Shown here one piece after another: positions 51,171-64,000 of a stretch of DNA of 64,000 nt. The stretch is taken from NCBI RefSeq assembly GCF_009914755.1, contig NC_060926.1; one strand, given 5' to 3'. Each line of letters opens with the position of its first letter. The first letter of the stretch is position 1. Source of the DNA: the human T2T-CHM13v2.0 reference genome, Homo sapiens. A program made the position numbers and the translations under genes. The notes beneath the pieces were generated by a model, which was not told where the DNA came from, ran no database searches, and saw only the letters and a list, made by a program, of their open reading frames with translations.

Positions 51171-52669
51171 TAATTCAAGGCTGGGGAGGGGTTGGTGTAG
51201 AGGTGGGGAGAGAGCAAGGGAGAGCAGAGGTGGCACTGGCATATTTCTTGGTATATAGCTATTAAATTCACTCTTTTCAGGCATTCTGTTTCAGTTTGTA
51301 TTTTCTACTTCAGCTAGTCTTATCCATCACTAACCCAGAACAACTCTACCTGTGTGCCTTTTTCTATGCTATGTCCTGTCCTTGACTTCTACTTTCAATT
51401 CCTACTCCTTTCCTTAAGCCCTGGGGGAGACCCACTGCCTTTTGAAAGCTGTCTATACCACATCTCCTGGGAGCAATCTTTTGTAGCCTTCAGGCTTCAT
51501 AACACTTATTTTCTGTATCACTTACTTGGCAATAATCTTACCCAGCTCTTTATTGCTACCTTTTAGGTCTGTATATTTTTTATCACCTTCCAGAGATCAT
51601 ACCTCCGTGTAAGTAGGAGCCATAGTATAACTCAGCTTGCAGCACTGTCTGACGTATACTAACCTTCAATGCATATCTCATTACTGAGATTTTATTTTGA
51701 GAGATAATTTCAAAAGACATCTTGCTTCAGTGTGAGGAGAACTATGAAATCATAATCTCAGTCACAGGAAAAATACAGTTCTATTTGTGTACCGAGTTTC
51801 TTTAGAAACATTTCTAATGCGTAGAGTAATGAACACGTTTTTATTCTTGTAGCTGAAAGATGAATGAAAAGATAATAGTAAGATGGCTTTTTAAAAAACA
51901 ATGGCATCAAGGGAAATGTCGTAAAATACTAGAGAGTTTATCATTTTGCATTACTTCTTTTTCTCTTTTTTTCCTATGCTGGAAAAAATAAGTTACTAGA
52001 GCGTTTTAAGTGTCCATCTTTATAGCCTTGTTAATATAAGAGTAACATTTGTAACACTGTGTTATTTACTTCCCATATGTAACACATGGATGTGAGAGAG
52101 TGGGTTAAATTCTTTGTTGAAAGTATATTATTCATTAGGCAATTCTTCACATTGACTTGTAACACTATGTTATAAAATTTAGAAGAAAAAGACACTTAAA
52201 GGTAAGAAATAAAGACGATGTTTTAAATTTTTTCTCAGTGGATTTTTTTAAATTCTTAGGATGTTGCTTTTACAAATTATGGTTAGCTTTTTGCTTTCTC
52301 CCTCTCTCTCCTTTTACTCAGTCCATTTTTGGTAGATAAGGAAGACTTAGGGAATGGAAGACTTCAAACAAACAGATGGGCACTGGCACCTTAGGTCTGA
52401 TTTTATCAGGCTGCATTCTGCCCTGTAGGAAATGTTGTTATTGAGGTAACTAAGCGTAAGGCATTATGGTCATGCCATGTTGATTTTGGGAACCAAAAAA
52501 TAGCATTTTCACTCTTGTCTGACAGAAAATCAGTTTATTTAATAGTTTTGCCCTTAACCTTAAATGGAACAAGATGGAACTAAAAAATTTATATGGTTAT
52601 TAAAGAATGATTAGATATTGTCTCACAGGGCATTTTGGCACTGTGCTTGTGAAATAATGCATTTTTTGG

Positions 52670-54034
52670 TTCTGTTTTTCAATGGTCAATTCTCAGTCTT
52701 CATTGTACTTGATCTCTCAGAGCATATGATGCAGTTGCTCACACCCTCTTCCTTGATACTTTTTCTTCACATGGTTTCTAGGACCTCAGAATCCTGTGGG
52801 TTTAATCCTACTCTACTGGCTTGTTTTTCTCAATCTTGTTAACTGATGCTGCCTTTTCTGCCTGTACTCTGATTGTTGGAGTATATCAGCACATTCACTC
52901 CCTTGGTGATTGCATCCAGTCTCATACCTTATATACTAAGTACATGCAAACAGATCCCAAGTTTATATCTCTTGTTCAGAGCTCTAGCCTGACCTACAGG
53001 TGTCAGTATCTGCTGTTGACCTGACTTCTCTATTTGAATGTCTAACAGATATCTCATGTCAGACCTGTCTGAAACCTTCACTTTCCAAACCTATTTTATT
53101 CTCAGTATTCTCTATCTCATTTAATGGCACTTCCATCATTCCAGTTAGTAAACCAGAAATAGTGCTTTAATCCTTTACTCCTTTCTTTTATTTAAATCTC
53201 ACATCCAATCCATTATGAAATGCTGTTGGCTGTAATTTCAAAAAATATAGAAATTTCGTTCACGTTTTACCGCTTTCATTCTACCACTCTGACTCGAAAC
53301 ATCATCAACTTTTGTCTCGATAACCATAATAGCATCCTAACTTGCTTGTCTCCTCCTACCATTGTCCCCCACATCCTGCCCCCTTCAATGGTCTAAACCC
53401 AGCAGAGCAGCCAGAGGGATCTTGTTAAAAAGTCAGATCTTGCTGCTCCTTGCTTAAGACCCTGAAGTAATTCCCCTTTCTATTGAGAGAAAGTCAAGGT
53501 AAATCAGTGGCTTTAAGACCCTGCATGATCTCACCTCTGTTACTTCTCTGATTTTATCTCTAGCTACTCTTTTCCTTGCTTCCACCTTTACTGGCCTTTG
53601 CTTTTTCCCAATACACAGAAATGTTCCTGCCCTTTCCTCTGCCTACAATACTCTTCCCCTATGTATCCTCCTTGCTAATTATCTCAACACCTTAATATCG
53701 TTTCCCAAATGACATGCTTCCAATGAGGCCTGTTTCCTGAGCACCCTATTTAAAATGGCACCATGCCTAACAGCGCAACTCTCCACATACCCCTTATCTC
53801 ACTCATTTTTTAAAAGTATTTATCAATTATCATCTTCTTACACAATACATTTTACTTGTATTATCATGTTTATTTTTTAATTGTCTTTCTCTGTTGAATT
53901 GTAAACTTCATGTTTGCAGGGGCCTGTACTCATTTTGCTCATTGATGTATCCAAAGATGCTAGAAGGTTCTGGCACAATGTAGGCCCTAATAAATATTTG
54001 AGTAATGAATGAATGAAAGAATGAGTGAATGAAT
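52670..54034 (+). mobile_element. L2a 3' portion
   Basis: aatggtcaattctcagtc..cat..tacttgatctctcag through tggcacaatgtaggccctaataaatatttg and a (gaat)n tail. Confidence 0.88.
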
Positions 54035-54888
54035 AGTGGAGAAGCAGTGACCTGACAGCTTCTTCACTGCTTGGTGTTAAGGGCTAGTTCAGTATTGGAG
54101 AGATTGTCTCACCACAGTCTGATTACTGTTGTTTCCTTTAAGGAGAAAGGCTACTGGACTAGTTAGGATTTTAGTATATAGAAGGGGCCTCATTCAACTC
54201 TTCTTATTCTTCTCCCTTCTGGGAACCTTTGTTTTGATCTACTTTTCTTTCAATTTCCTGGCCAACAAAGAGGAGGTTATTGAGGAAATGGTAACTTTAT
54301 GCTTTGATTGTACATTTGACCTGCTGCTCAAAACTAGGAGTTTATGTATCACAACATCATTTTCTTTCCAAATACACCTATACTATGACAAGACTTAAAT
54401 AATTTCTGGGGGAAAATAGTGTAAATATTAACTATCAGCACAGCTACCATGCAGTAATAGATACTCCTATCTGATCTGTGGGTCTTGGGGAGGTTTTCTG
54501 ACTCCTTCACATAGCACCTGTTCTAATTTCTGGGCCTCTGTGTTTACTGTAATAAGATAAGGCTGATTGCTATTGAAAGCAAGCCAAGCTGGGAAAGGTC
54601 TGGAGTAGCAATGTAACTCTCACTAGTATTGCAGTGAGTAGTGTTTTCAGTAATTTTTAGTAATTATGATACTGAGTAATATTAAGAATAAAGGAAGCAT
54701 GTTGTATTCTGTCGCAATTTCTGAATATCACAGCATTAAGTAGAAGTAGACTTTTCTTGCCATTTCTTCTATCATTTAACATCTGTTTCTTATGGTGACA
54801 GAGTTAACAAATAAACATCTGTCATCCTATTATATAAGGAAAGCTTTTCTCTTTCTTTAAATAAATTTTTATTTGATGGTGCTTAGAA

Positions 54889-55470
54889 TGTGGTAGATGA
54901 TCTCCAAAGATGACTGTCCAACAATTTCCCCATTTCCTGTATGTGCATTGCATTCCTCCCATCAAGAGGAAAAAATCGATCCCCTGCACATCCCTCTCCC
55001 TTTAACCTGGGCTGACTTTGTGACTTGCTTTGAATAATAGAAGACAACAGACAAAAAAGTAATCCTGAGCCAGTTCTGGGCCTGGTTTTAGGAGTGGCAG
55101 CTTTTGATTTTGCTCCCTAAGAACCCATTTGCCATGATGAGGGAAGTCCAGGTTGTCCTGACGGTGAGAAGAAACCGTGGAGAAGCCTTAGAAGATAAGT
55201 CCCTATATATATAGAGAGAGGCCACATGGAGAAAAACTGAGGGGGCCAGCTGACAATCAGTGCCAAGATTCCGGCCATATGATGAGATCTTGACTCTTCC
55301 ACTTCAGCTCAGATACCAAATAAATGCAGCTACATGAGTGACCCAAAATCACATTGAGTAGAAGAACCAATTTGAGCTATAGATTTGTGAAAAAAAAATA
55401 ATAAATAACTGTTGTTTTAAGCCACTAACTTTTGGGGTGGTTTGCGATATTGCAATAAATAACTTATGCA
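54889..55470 (+). mobile_element. MLT1G-like MaLR LTR
   Basis: tgtgg...ctccaaagatg...cctcccatcaagagg...gttgttttaagccactaacttttggggtggtttg. Confidence 0.8.
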
Positions 55471-58209
55471 ATGGACTTTTGAGTACCAAAGGATTTTGTT
55501 TTAACCTTTAATTTCAGATCTTGCTTTAAGTTGTTTGATTTTTCCACAAGCTTAAGACAGTGCTTTATTCCATTTGGGAAAGACTCATACAAATTTACTA
55601 TAAGATAGCGACCACTGGTGGGTTGGAAAATGGCAAAGCTTCTTGGGGTGTCAGGGAGGTGAGGCTATTGTTTCTCTCTTGTCACAGGACTGCATGACCC
55701 CCATGTCCACAAGATGACCTGGGAGAGAGATGTTTGGGGGTGGAGAGGAGGAATAAAGACCAGAAGTGTGATTTTTCTTTTCCTTAGGTTAAGTACAGGT
55801 ATAACTGACTGCTGTCTTGACACTTTAAAAAGACAATGACTTGGTAAGATGAAATCTAGAGACAGCAACACCTTATTCACTGTGTGTTAATGATAGATGT
55901 GTAGAGGGCAAGTGTTCACTTGGTAGGTTTGGATATAAATTATAAAGGCTTTTTTTTTTTCCCAAAAAAGAAACAGTGATATATTTGAAATTGCTGGATG
56001 TGTATTTCTGAGCTGTTTGCAAGAATTTTTACCTTTTTATAGACTCATTTCAACTCTGTATTTGAAACCAGATGGCTTCTTCTTGAACTGCAAGACTGAA
56101 TATATTAACCTTTAATGTAAATGCACTTACTCATTGAGCAGTTGGTTACTCCTACATCTTTCTGCATGACCTTGATGATAAAGAACCACTTTTTGATTCT
56201 TATTTTTTAATGCTTACTAGGAATTTTTATTGAAAGTTACCAAACCATCTGATTTGGATGTTTTAAAATGTAAAAGTCAGAAACAAATTGGCATTGCTAA
56301 GATACTATGGATGAAAGGGTTGCCACCACTCTATAATCTTGAGTTGTAAAGAAGCAATTTGAGTTATTTTCTATGTGGGTTGGCAAGTGAGCTTTTTGTG
56401 GGCTAGAATTGGTAAAACAAAGATATGTTCAAGCTGTGAAATGCATTCAAGAGGAAAAAGCAATAAATGACAAGAGGCCTGTTTTGTCAGTTACGTTTTT
56501 GACTGTTGTACAGGTTCTGATTATGGGGAAAAAATGCCTTTTAAAAATTTTGGAATGATGGGTCTCCCATAATGGAGATAGGTTTGTTCGGCTGCAAAAG
56601 AGAACAGATGGAAAGCTTTATCTTCAACTAGTGCTGTCAGTTTCTCCTTATCACTTAAAAATCATATGTTCTTAATAGTTTTTGAAGTTCAGTTTTTTTC
56701 CCCTGGTTTTACAGTCTTTTTAAACTTTAACATAACTACTGTTTTCTGGTGCTGGCCTGTTCTAAAAACTATACTTGGATGGACTACATCTGTAAAACAT
56801 CAGGAATTGTAAGAATTCCTTTTTGAGTTGTGTTAAGCTACTTAGCCCTATTTAAAAATGACCTTGATCGAGTTCAATAAAACTGTGGCTAAATTCCACA
56901 TTATTCATTGTTATTCTTTATGCTCAAGTAAAGAAAAATGAGGCAAAATTATTCACTCCTATTAGGTTATTACTAAGGGGAAAATAAATAAATAAGTATG
57001 CTGAGATTGAAGTGCTTTGCTTTGCAGGGAAGTGGGATGAAATACCTTGGCATTGATTGTTAAATATAAAAGTGGAAGGTAAATGTGGAATTAGGTGAAG
57101 GGGAAAGCATCTTTACAATTTGACTTTTTTATGTTAAGAAAACGAGCTATAATTCTCGCCATTGCAAATCCAGTGGGTTCTTTCTTTCTTATTACCACAT
57201 TCAAATCTTGTTTATATAAAGAACTCAAGGACATTTACTTCAACTAAAACTTTTTTCCTTTTAATGTGCATTAAAAAATTACATTCTTTCTAAAATGGTG
57301 TTGCAATTTTAACCTCAGCAATTTTGCATAGCATAGTTTTCACATTATAGGGACAGAGTTGAAGAGATTTTCTGACAACTTAATTGATTTGTTTTTAGTG
57401 TTCTTTGGCTTATGTGTTTGGGCTAAAAATAACTGTTTGAAGTGATCTCATTTTAACTATGTAAGGTTTCAAGTGCATGGCATACGTGGGTCTTCATCTT
57501 CATTTATATTTCAGAGTGTTCCTGTTTGGTGATTGCAGAATTTGATTCTGATATTATTTGTTATTATTTTATTGCTTGTCAGGAAGCAGATTTAGTAGTT
57601 TAAGGGAAAACCATCAATAAAAATTGCTGGCTTTCATGATTTGATTTCATCTATCAGCAAGAAATGTTGACGTTTGTAGGCAGAAACTGCTTAGATTTTT
57701 CTTCCTGACCAAATGAGTATGAGGTGGCATTCATTACTCTAATGGATAAATGACCTAGTGCCTATTGATATTATTCATGTTTGTTCACTCACTATGAGTA
57801 AACTTTATTTCTTTCAATATGATATGAGATAGCAGTTAACTTGGCATTGCACTGTCTGAAGCACATAAAATTCATTTTGTCATTTTGTTTTTCAAATGTT
57901 AGTTATTTAAAATATTAAGTTATTTTTAGTAAAAACTGCTTTAAGATGCATAATAAACCAGCATTTTTCCTATTTATGATTTAATTAATTGAAACATTTC
58001 AAAATGCACTCTGTTCACTAAACCCTCTTAATCTCGAAAGCTGGTAGTAATGCATTCTTTAAGCAGGTCTTTAGAAAGTATTAGAACATTTAGCATTTAA
58101 TGTATACATTTTGGATGACTTTGAAATCTTTCAAATTACCATTTGCTAGATTATGGATAGGCATGTTATTATCCCTATGTGGTTTTGGATATATTGATGT
58201 ATTCTAATA

Positions 58210-59597
58210 AGATATAAAATTAAGATACAAAAATCAATGTGGTATGTATTTTGGTTAGCCAATTGGATGAAAGAGAAACTTATGTGCCAAGGCAGCATAA
58301 AAGATAAAATAGGAATAATCTTAAAAACTGTGAAAAACTATATGAAAAAACCTTTGAACACCTGATTATGGGAAATGATAATCTTTCTTCTTAGATAAGA
58401 CAACTCCACATGATAGAGATGTCAGTTCTCTCCATGTTAGAGAGAATCCGTGATCCTGATAACAATGGCAACTGTTTTTTTTTTTTTCTTTCTGGAGTTA
58501 GACAAGTTGCTTCTAAAATTTATGTATACAAATCATGAAAAAGGTACTCAGAAAATCCTAAAAAAGAACAGCAATAAAAGGGATAGTCTAATGGAACAGA
58601 ATGGAAGTTCCAGGAATAGACCCAAATGCATGTTGAAATTTAGTATCTAATAAAGATGATATCTACGTTCTCTGTGGAAGAGATGAGCTTTAAAAATAAA
58701 TGATGTTAAGAAAACTGGCCATTTCAAAAAAGATAAAATTGTATCTATGCTTTATATAAAACAGTAGAATAAACCACAAATGGATCAGAGACTTAAGTCA
58801 AAAAAATCAAAACATTCAAGTACCAAAAGATAACATCACTGAATTCCTCTACAGCTTTGGTGTAGGAAAGCCTTTCTATTTATGACTCAAAATTCACAAG
58901 TAATAAAAGGAAAGATTAATAAATGACTATATAAAACATTTGCACAGGAAAAAATTATCAGCAAGTCAAAAGACAAATTACCAACTAGGGGGAAATATTT
59001 ACAACTTCTGTAACAGACAATAGGCCAATTTACCTAATATATGAAGGGACTAATAAAAAGTGAGGGGAAATAAGGCCAAAACTTGATAGAAAAAAAATGG
59101 GTAAAAGATATGAACAGTTCACAGAGAAAGATATCTAATGACATTTAAATATGTGAAAAGATTGAAAGTACATTTTTACCTTTCAAATTGGGGAACACAT
59201 AAAACGTTGACCATATACTTTGTTGATGAGTCTGTGGGGAAACAGAAATTTACACATACTGTTATTGTGAAGGTAAAATGTTATAATTCTTATGAAAGGG
59301 AATTTGACAACATCTAATAAAATTAAATGTTTACTTACATAAAGACCATTTTTAGGGACTTACTTTTGAGGTACTTGTATACAAATATAAAATAACAAAT
59401 ATAGAGGGCTATTGATTATGTCACTGTAAAAGTAAAATGTGGGAAATAAATGCTCAACTATAAAAAACTGGTTACACAGCATGCAATGGAACACTATGCA
59501 GTCATGAAAACACTATGTAGTCTCTAGAAACTGAGAGCAGTTAATTTATGTGATTTATTCTTATGTGGAAAAAACAGGTGCAAAGTGTATATGTAGT
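58210..59597 (+). mobile_element. Old L1 (L1MC/ME) ORF2 3' fragments
   Basis: atacaaaaatcaa; ggaacagaatggaagttccaggaatagaccca; aaatggatcagagactta; aaaatgggtaaaagatatgaacag. A-rich sense strand. Confidence 0.75.
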
Positions 59598-60133
59598 TGT
59601 GGCAGGCAGCTTCTGATATATATTTTAGTGGTCCCCACTTCCTGGTGTTTAAAGCCTTTGTAATATTCTCTTCTTGAGTGTAGCTGAACTTTGTGACTTG
59701 CTTCTCACAAAAGTGATGGGGTATTATTTCCGTGACTAGGTTATAAAGACTGTGACTTCTGCCTTGCTGATATTCTCTCTCCCTGGGTCATCTCCTGTGC
59801 TTGCTTTGATGGAAAGACCTACCAGGAAAGCCTCTTGCAAACAGCCAGCAACAAAGTGAGGTTCTCAGTCCAGTAGCTTGTGAGAAACTGTATCATGCTA
59901 GCAACCATGGAGTGAAATTGGAAGTGGATGCTACTTCAGTTGAATGTTGAGATGACTGCAGCCTGGGCTGACACCGTAATAACAGTCTCATGAAGACTCT
60001 GAGGCAGAGGACCCACCTAGATGAACTGTGCCTGAATTCTTGACCTACAAAAACTGTGAGATATTAAATATGCATCATTTCAAGTTGCTAAGTTTTGCAT
60101 TAACATGTTATGCAGCAACAGATAACTAACACA
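59598..60133 (+). mobile_element. MLT1E/F-like MaLR LTR inserted in old L1
   Basis: tgtggcaggcagc...gtgacttgcttct...aaactgtgagatattaaat...gcagcaacagataactaacaca. Confidence 0.82.
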
Positions 60134-61029
60134 ACAGTGTTTATCTTTTGTATAATAAGCAAAACTAAAAAAACTTTTTTTTTAAATAAGAAAGATACAA
60201 TGGGAAGGATAAATTAGCAGCAAAAAGTCAAGATGTATTTGAAAAATTATTATGAAGTGGATTGAAACTGCATGACCTGATTGTCCTTAATGATGTCCAA
60301 GTATACAAATGTATTTTATTTTGGCATAGCCTCATAAACTCATAGTATGAATTTTCATACAAATTTGCTGGAAATTAGTAATTCCAATTTATAATAATTC
60401 TTGAAATATGTATATTTTGATATTTTCTGGTGAGATTTTGGCCATCAGCTCTATGAAGCATTTGTTTTTGCAGGTATTCTGAACCACAGAAGGCTGACTT
60501 GTTCTGCTTCATAATGACTTGACTTTGGTCATTGAAAAATGCTTGAGCTAAAGGAAGTCCGTAGTCCCTATTTATATTCAGCTTTTACTAAAACACATTT
60601 ATGGCAGAAATTTAACAAGGATTTAAGTCTTTGAGAAAATTTTTTGTTTTAAAGAATGAAGAAACTACTACACAGTGATTCTTTTCTTTCACTGAAGCTC
60701 CCAATAAAAAATATATACAATTTACAAATTAGGCTTCAATATTCCTTTCATAAGATCTAACAACTTGCTGCGCCATTCTAGTTGTTTGGGAAAGGGTTGG
60801 CCACACATAAAACTAAAAGATAATCGATCAATGAGCTTTTTGTGGAGCAGGCAAAAGAACCTTTCATTTCAAAGTCTCTGAGTGAACTTGTATGTTACAT
60901 GAAGGAGAATAACTTCAGTGTAAAGTAACAACCTTTTGAAAATTCTTAAGATACAATATCACTGCCTTTTTTTTTCCCAAAGAAGAGTCATTGATAGTTC
61001 AGTTAATTACTGCATGAAAAAAATTCAAA

Positions 61030-61509
61030 GCTGCTACATCAAAAATATACCTGTACACAAATTTTTATCTCAGCACACTTCACAATTGCAAAGATATGGA
61101 ACCAACCTAAGTTCCCATTAACTGATGAGAAAAGAAAATGTTGTGTGTGTATATATTACAGTATGTATATAATGGAATACCACTCAGCCATGGAAAAAGC
61201 AACTTGGATGGAGCTGGAGGCCATTTTTCTAAATGTAGTAACTCAGGAATGGAAAACCAAATACTACATGTTTTTTGCTTAGAAGTGGGAGCCAAGCTAT
61301 GGGTATGCAAAGGAATACAGAGTGCTATAATAGACACTGGAGACTTAGAGGAGATAAGGATGGCAGGGGAATAAAAAACTATGTATTGGGTACAATGGGC
61401 ACTACTCAGGTGGTAGGTACACTAAAATCTCAGACTTTACCACTATATAATTCATTCATGTAACCAAAAACCACTGGTACTCCTAAAGCTATTGAAATAA
61501 TAAAAAAAG
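61030..61509 (+). mobile_element. 5'-truncated L1PB (PB2-4-like) 3' end
   Basis: cacaattgcaaagatatggaaccaacctaag...agctatgggtatgcaaagg...ctaaagctattgaaataa. Confidence 0.85.
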
Positions 61510-63137
61510 CAATAAGTAAATGTCAAGAAATGTAAAAAAAATATAGAAACAAATTGCTCTGGTTTATTCTTGGATTATTCAGCCGTATGCATATTTCTAT
61601 GCATATGGAGACATCCAGTAGAGCTATCTTGAAGCTTAACTTTCTGTCAAACATAATTTAATGTATCTGGGGCCTCAGGCAACCATAAGAGAAATGATAT
61701 ACATATCCATGCATTATTGGCTATTTTACGAAGTGATACAGTGAGCCCTCTGAAAAAGAAGGATGGTGACATTGACATGGCTTGGGAAAGTTACCATTTT
61801 TCTTGGCTCGTTTAGCTCTCATCCACAAAGACTTGTTAAAGGCAGTGTATGGGCAGGCTAGGAATGAATTAAAGCAGTAACCCTAACTTTCTCAAATGTC
61901 TGGGGGAAATGCACCATAGAAGTGATCCAAGATTCCATTAACAACTTAAGTCTAGCTGTAAGGAAGGACCATTTCAGGGCATAATGAATTGTGGGTATGA
62001 TACACTGGATAAAATAGCCTATTTGGTTCAGTTTTGGCCAAATGGAATTTTATCTCATTCACTTTTCTTTTGGTTAGGTAAGAAATTTTTTTGATGGCAT
62101 TTTCCTAGGAAGCTTATGATGAAAAGAGAGAATAGTAATATGCCTCTGAAAACCCTGGGCCTAACTCCTCCTCTAGCATGAACATGAGCATATTACTAAC
62201 CCTAATTAAGTGATTCTCTGCTTGGATTCAATGGAAACATAACACTCTTTCTTATAGGGGGCAGATAATCATGTTTTGAAATTTGATGTGAATTAAAGTA
62301 AGATCTGGGACCTACTACTGTCCTACTAGAGAGTTGTTACTAATGCAGGTTGTTGACTTCGTGACTTTTTGTTTTTTTGCAATCTGCCTTAATAACTCAA
62401 GCTATAAATGTACTGGGGTAAAACAGTTGGAAGTATGTGGAGAAAGAACATTCTCCAAACAAGAAGAAATGAAGAGAAATTGCCCAGGATACAATGGACT
62501 GTAATTGTTGTATGACTGGAAGCCCAGGTCCATGGTCAGCTTTGTTTGTTTGGAAGGAGAGAAGGAAATGAGAAGATCATCAAGAAAGAAGGGATGAAGC
62601 ATGTCTGAAATTTTGATGAGTTAGACAAGTAAATTAAATCTTCAGTGGTTCAGGCAGGCAGCACAGATGCAAAATTGTAGCCCTTGAAAAAAAGGAAATA
62701 GAACATAAGGCTTTTGCTACACATGTGATTAAATCTCATGGGTCCATGGAGAGGAAAATTGAGATGCCGGAGAAACAAATGATGCTGTAAAAACTGAAGT
62801 GCACTGACTGAGGCAGAGGGTGAAGATTCCTGAGGGAGACAAAGTTGTTTTAATGATTTCTACTTGGAGCTAACTAAGAAGATAAGCTGGAACTTCCCCC
62901 TGTTGAGGAATATAACTACTGACCTAGTCTTATAACCACATGTAGCCAATAATCTAGTAATTTAATAGTATGTATGAATGTATGCAAATGTATATTTATA
63001 TATACATATTAAAAATAACTGTTAGCCAAATAATATTCAGTGCTTGAGAAATCAGAATTGCAACAGACAATAGAATCGGATACAAATATTACTGATTATC
63101 TTTTGATCTTTTAAAGGTCGAGAAAATGTTTAGTCCT

Positions 63138-63497
63138 TGATGTGGTTTGGCTGTGTCCCCACCCAAATCTCATCTCATAGTTCCCATAATACCCTTATGT
63201 CATAGGAAGGACCTGGTGAGAGGTAATTGAATCATGGAGGCAGTTCCCCTCTGCTGTTCTTGTGATAGTGAGTTCTCATGATATCTCATGGTTTTATAAG
63301 AGGCTTTCCCCCTTTGCTCGGCACTTCTCTCTCCTGCCACCATGTGAGGAAAGATGTGTTTGCTTCCCCTTCCATCATTATTCCATCATTATTGTAAGTT
63401 TCCTGAGGCCTCCCCAGCCATGTGGAACTGTGAGTCAATTAAACATCTTTCCTTTATAAATTACCCAGTCTTGGGCACATGAGAATGGACTAATATA
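63138..63497 (+). mobile_element. THE1C-like solo LTR
   Basis: tgatgtggtttggctgtgtccccacccaaatctcat; perfect TSD gtcct at 63133-63137 and 63498-63502. Confidence 0.92.
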
Positions 63498-63569
63498 GTC
63501 CTTGTACATATAGTTTATCGAATATTTAAATAAATGAGATAAGAAAATTTGTATCATTTTTGTATTTCC

Positions 63570-63978
63570 TCATGTGGATTGAATCTGTGGCCCTGCTGAA
63601 ATCTCATGTCAAATTGTAATTCCCAGTTTTGGAGGTGGGGCCTAGTAGGAGGTAACTGGATCATGGGGGCACTTTCTCATGAATGGTTTAGCACCATCTC
63701 TGTTGGTACTGTCCTTGCCATAGTGAGTTCTCATGATATCTGGTTGTTTAAAAGTGTGTGGCTCCTCCCCTGCCTCTTGCTCCAGCTTCTGCCATGTAAG
63801 ATGCTTGTTTCCACTCTGCCTTCTGCCATGAGTAAAAGCTCCCTGAGGCTTTCCTACAAGCAGATGCTGTCATGCTACCTGTACACCCTGCAGAACCATG
63901 AACCAATTAAGCCTCCTGTCTTATAAATTACCCAATCTCAGGTATTTCTTTATAGCAATGCAAGAACTGACTAATACA
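63570..63978 (+). mobile_element. MSTB-like solo LTR
   Basis: ggaggtggggcct...ctcatgaatggtttagcaccat...ctgactaataca; perfect TSD tttcc at 63565-63569 and 63979-63983. Confidence 0.9.
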
Positions 63979-64000
63979 TTTCCCAAACCGATTATTATTT

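Noticed and set aside
60460-60570. Plus-strand acceptor-like tttgtttttgcag as a possible exon start
   Set aside because: No convincing downstream donor and no recognisable reading frame.

Overview
This is AT-rich hominoid (human or great-ape) genomic DNA, intergenic or deep intronic, made up largely of transposable elements. I could not support any host protein-coding gene, rRNA, tRNA or CRISPR array. The ORF track is explained by repeats (L1 ORF1/ORF2, SVA, Alu, ERV9 gag/pol/env) or by chance. Main structures: (1) a TSD-bounded, internally deleted and internally inverted L1MA (3668-7204). (2) A nest of MER53 > Tigger4b > L1PA10-like > SVA (12.76-17.05 kb); the SVA's second TSD lies about 690 bp past its own polyA signal, indicating a 3' transduction that carries an antisense Alu. 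(3) An MLT2A LTR with a perfect DUX4 motif. (4) A roughly 7 kb L1MA with both termini (33.4-40.4 kb) that contains an apparently older L1ME fragment. (5) A two-LTR, pol-deleted ERV9/LTR12 provirus on the minus strand (42059-47852) whose LTRs differ in CCAAT repeat number. There is also a strong minus-strand exon candidate (30469-30559) and a perfect 24-bp palindrome (31048-31071). Subfamily names are recalled from consensus sequences and were not checked against Dfam/RepeatMasker; boundaries of old repeats are approximate. I see no convincing new biological system; the best findings are well-supported local rearrangement and transduction events.
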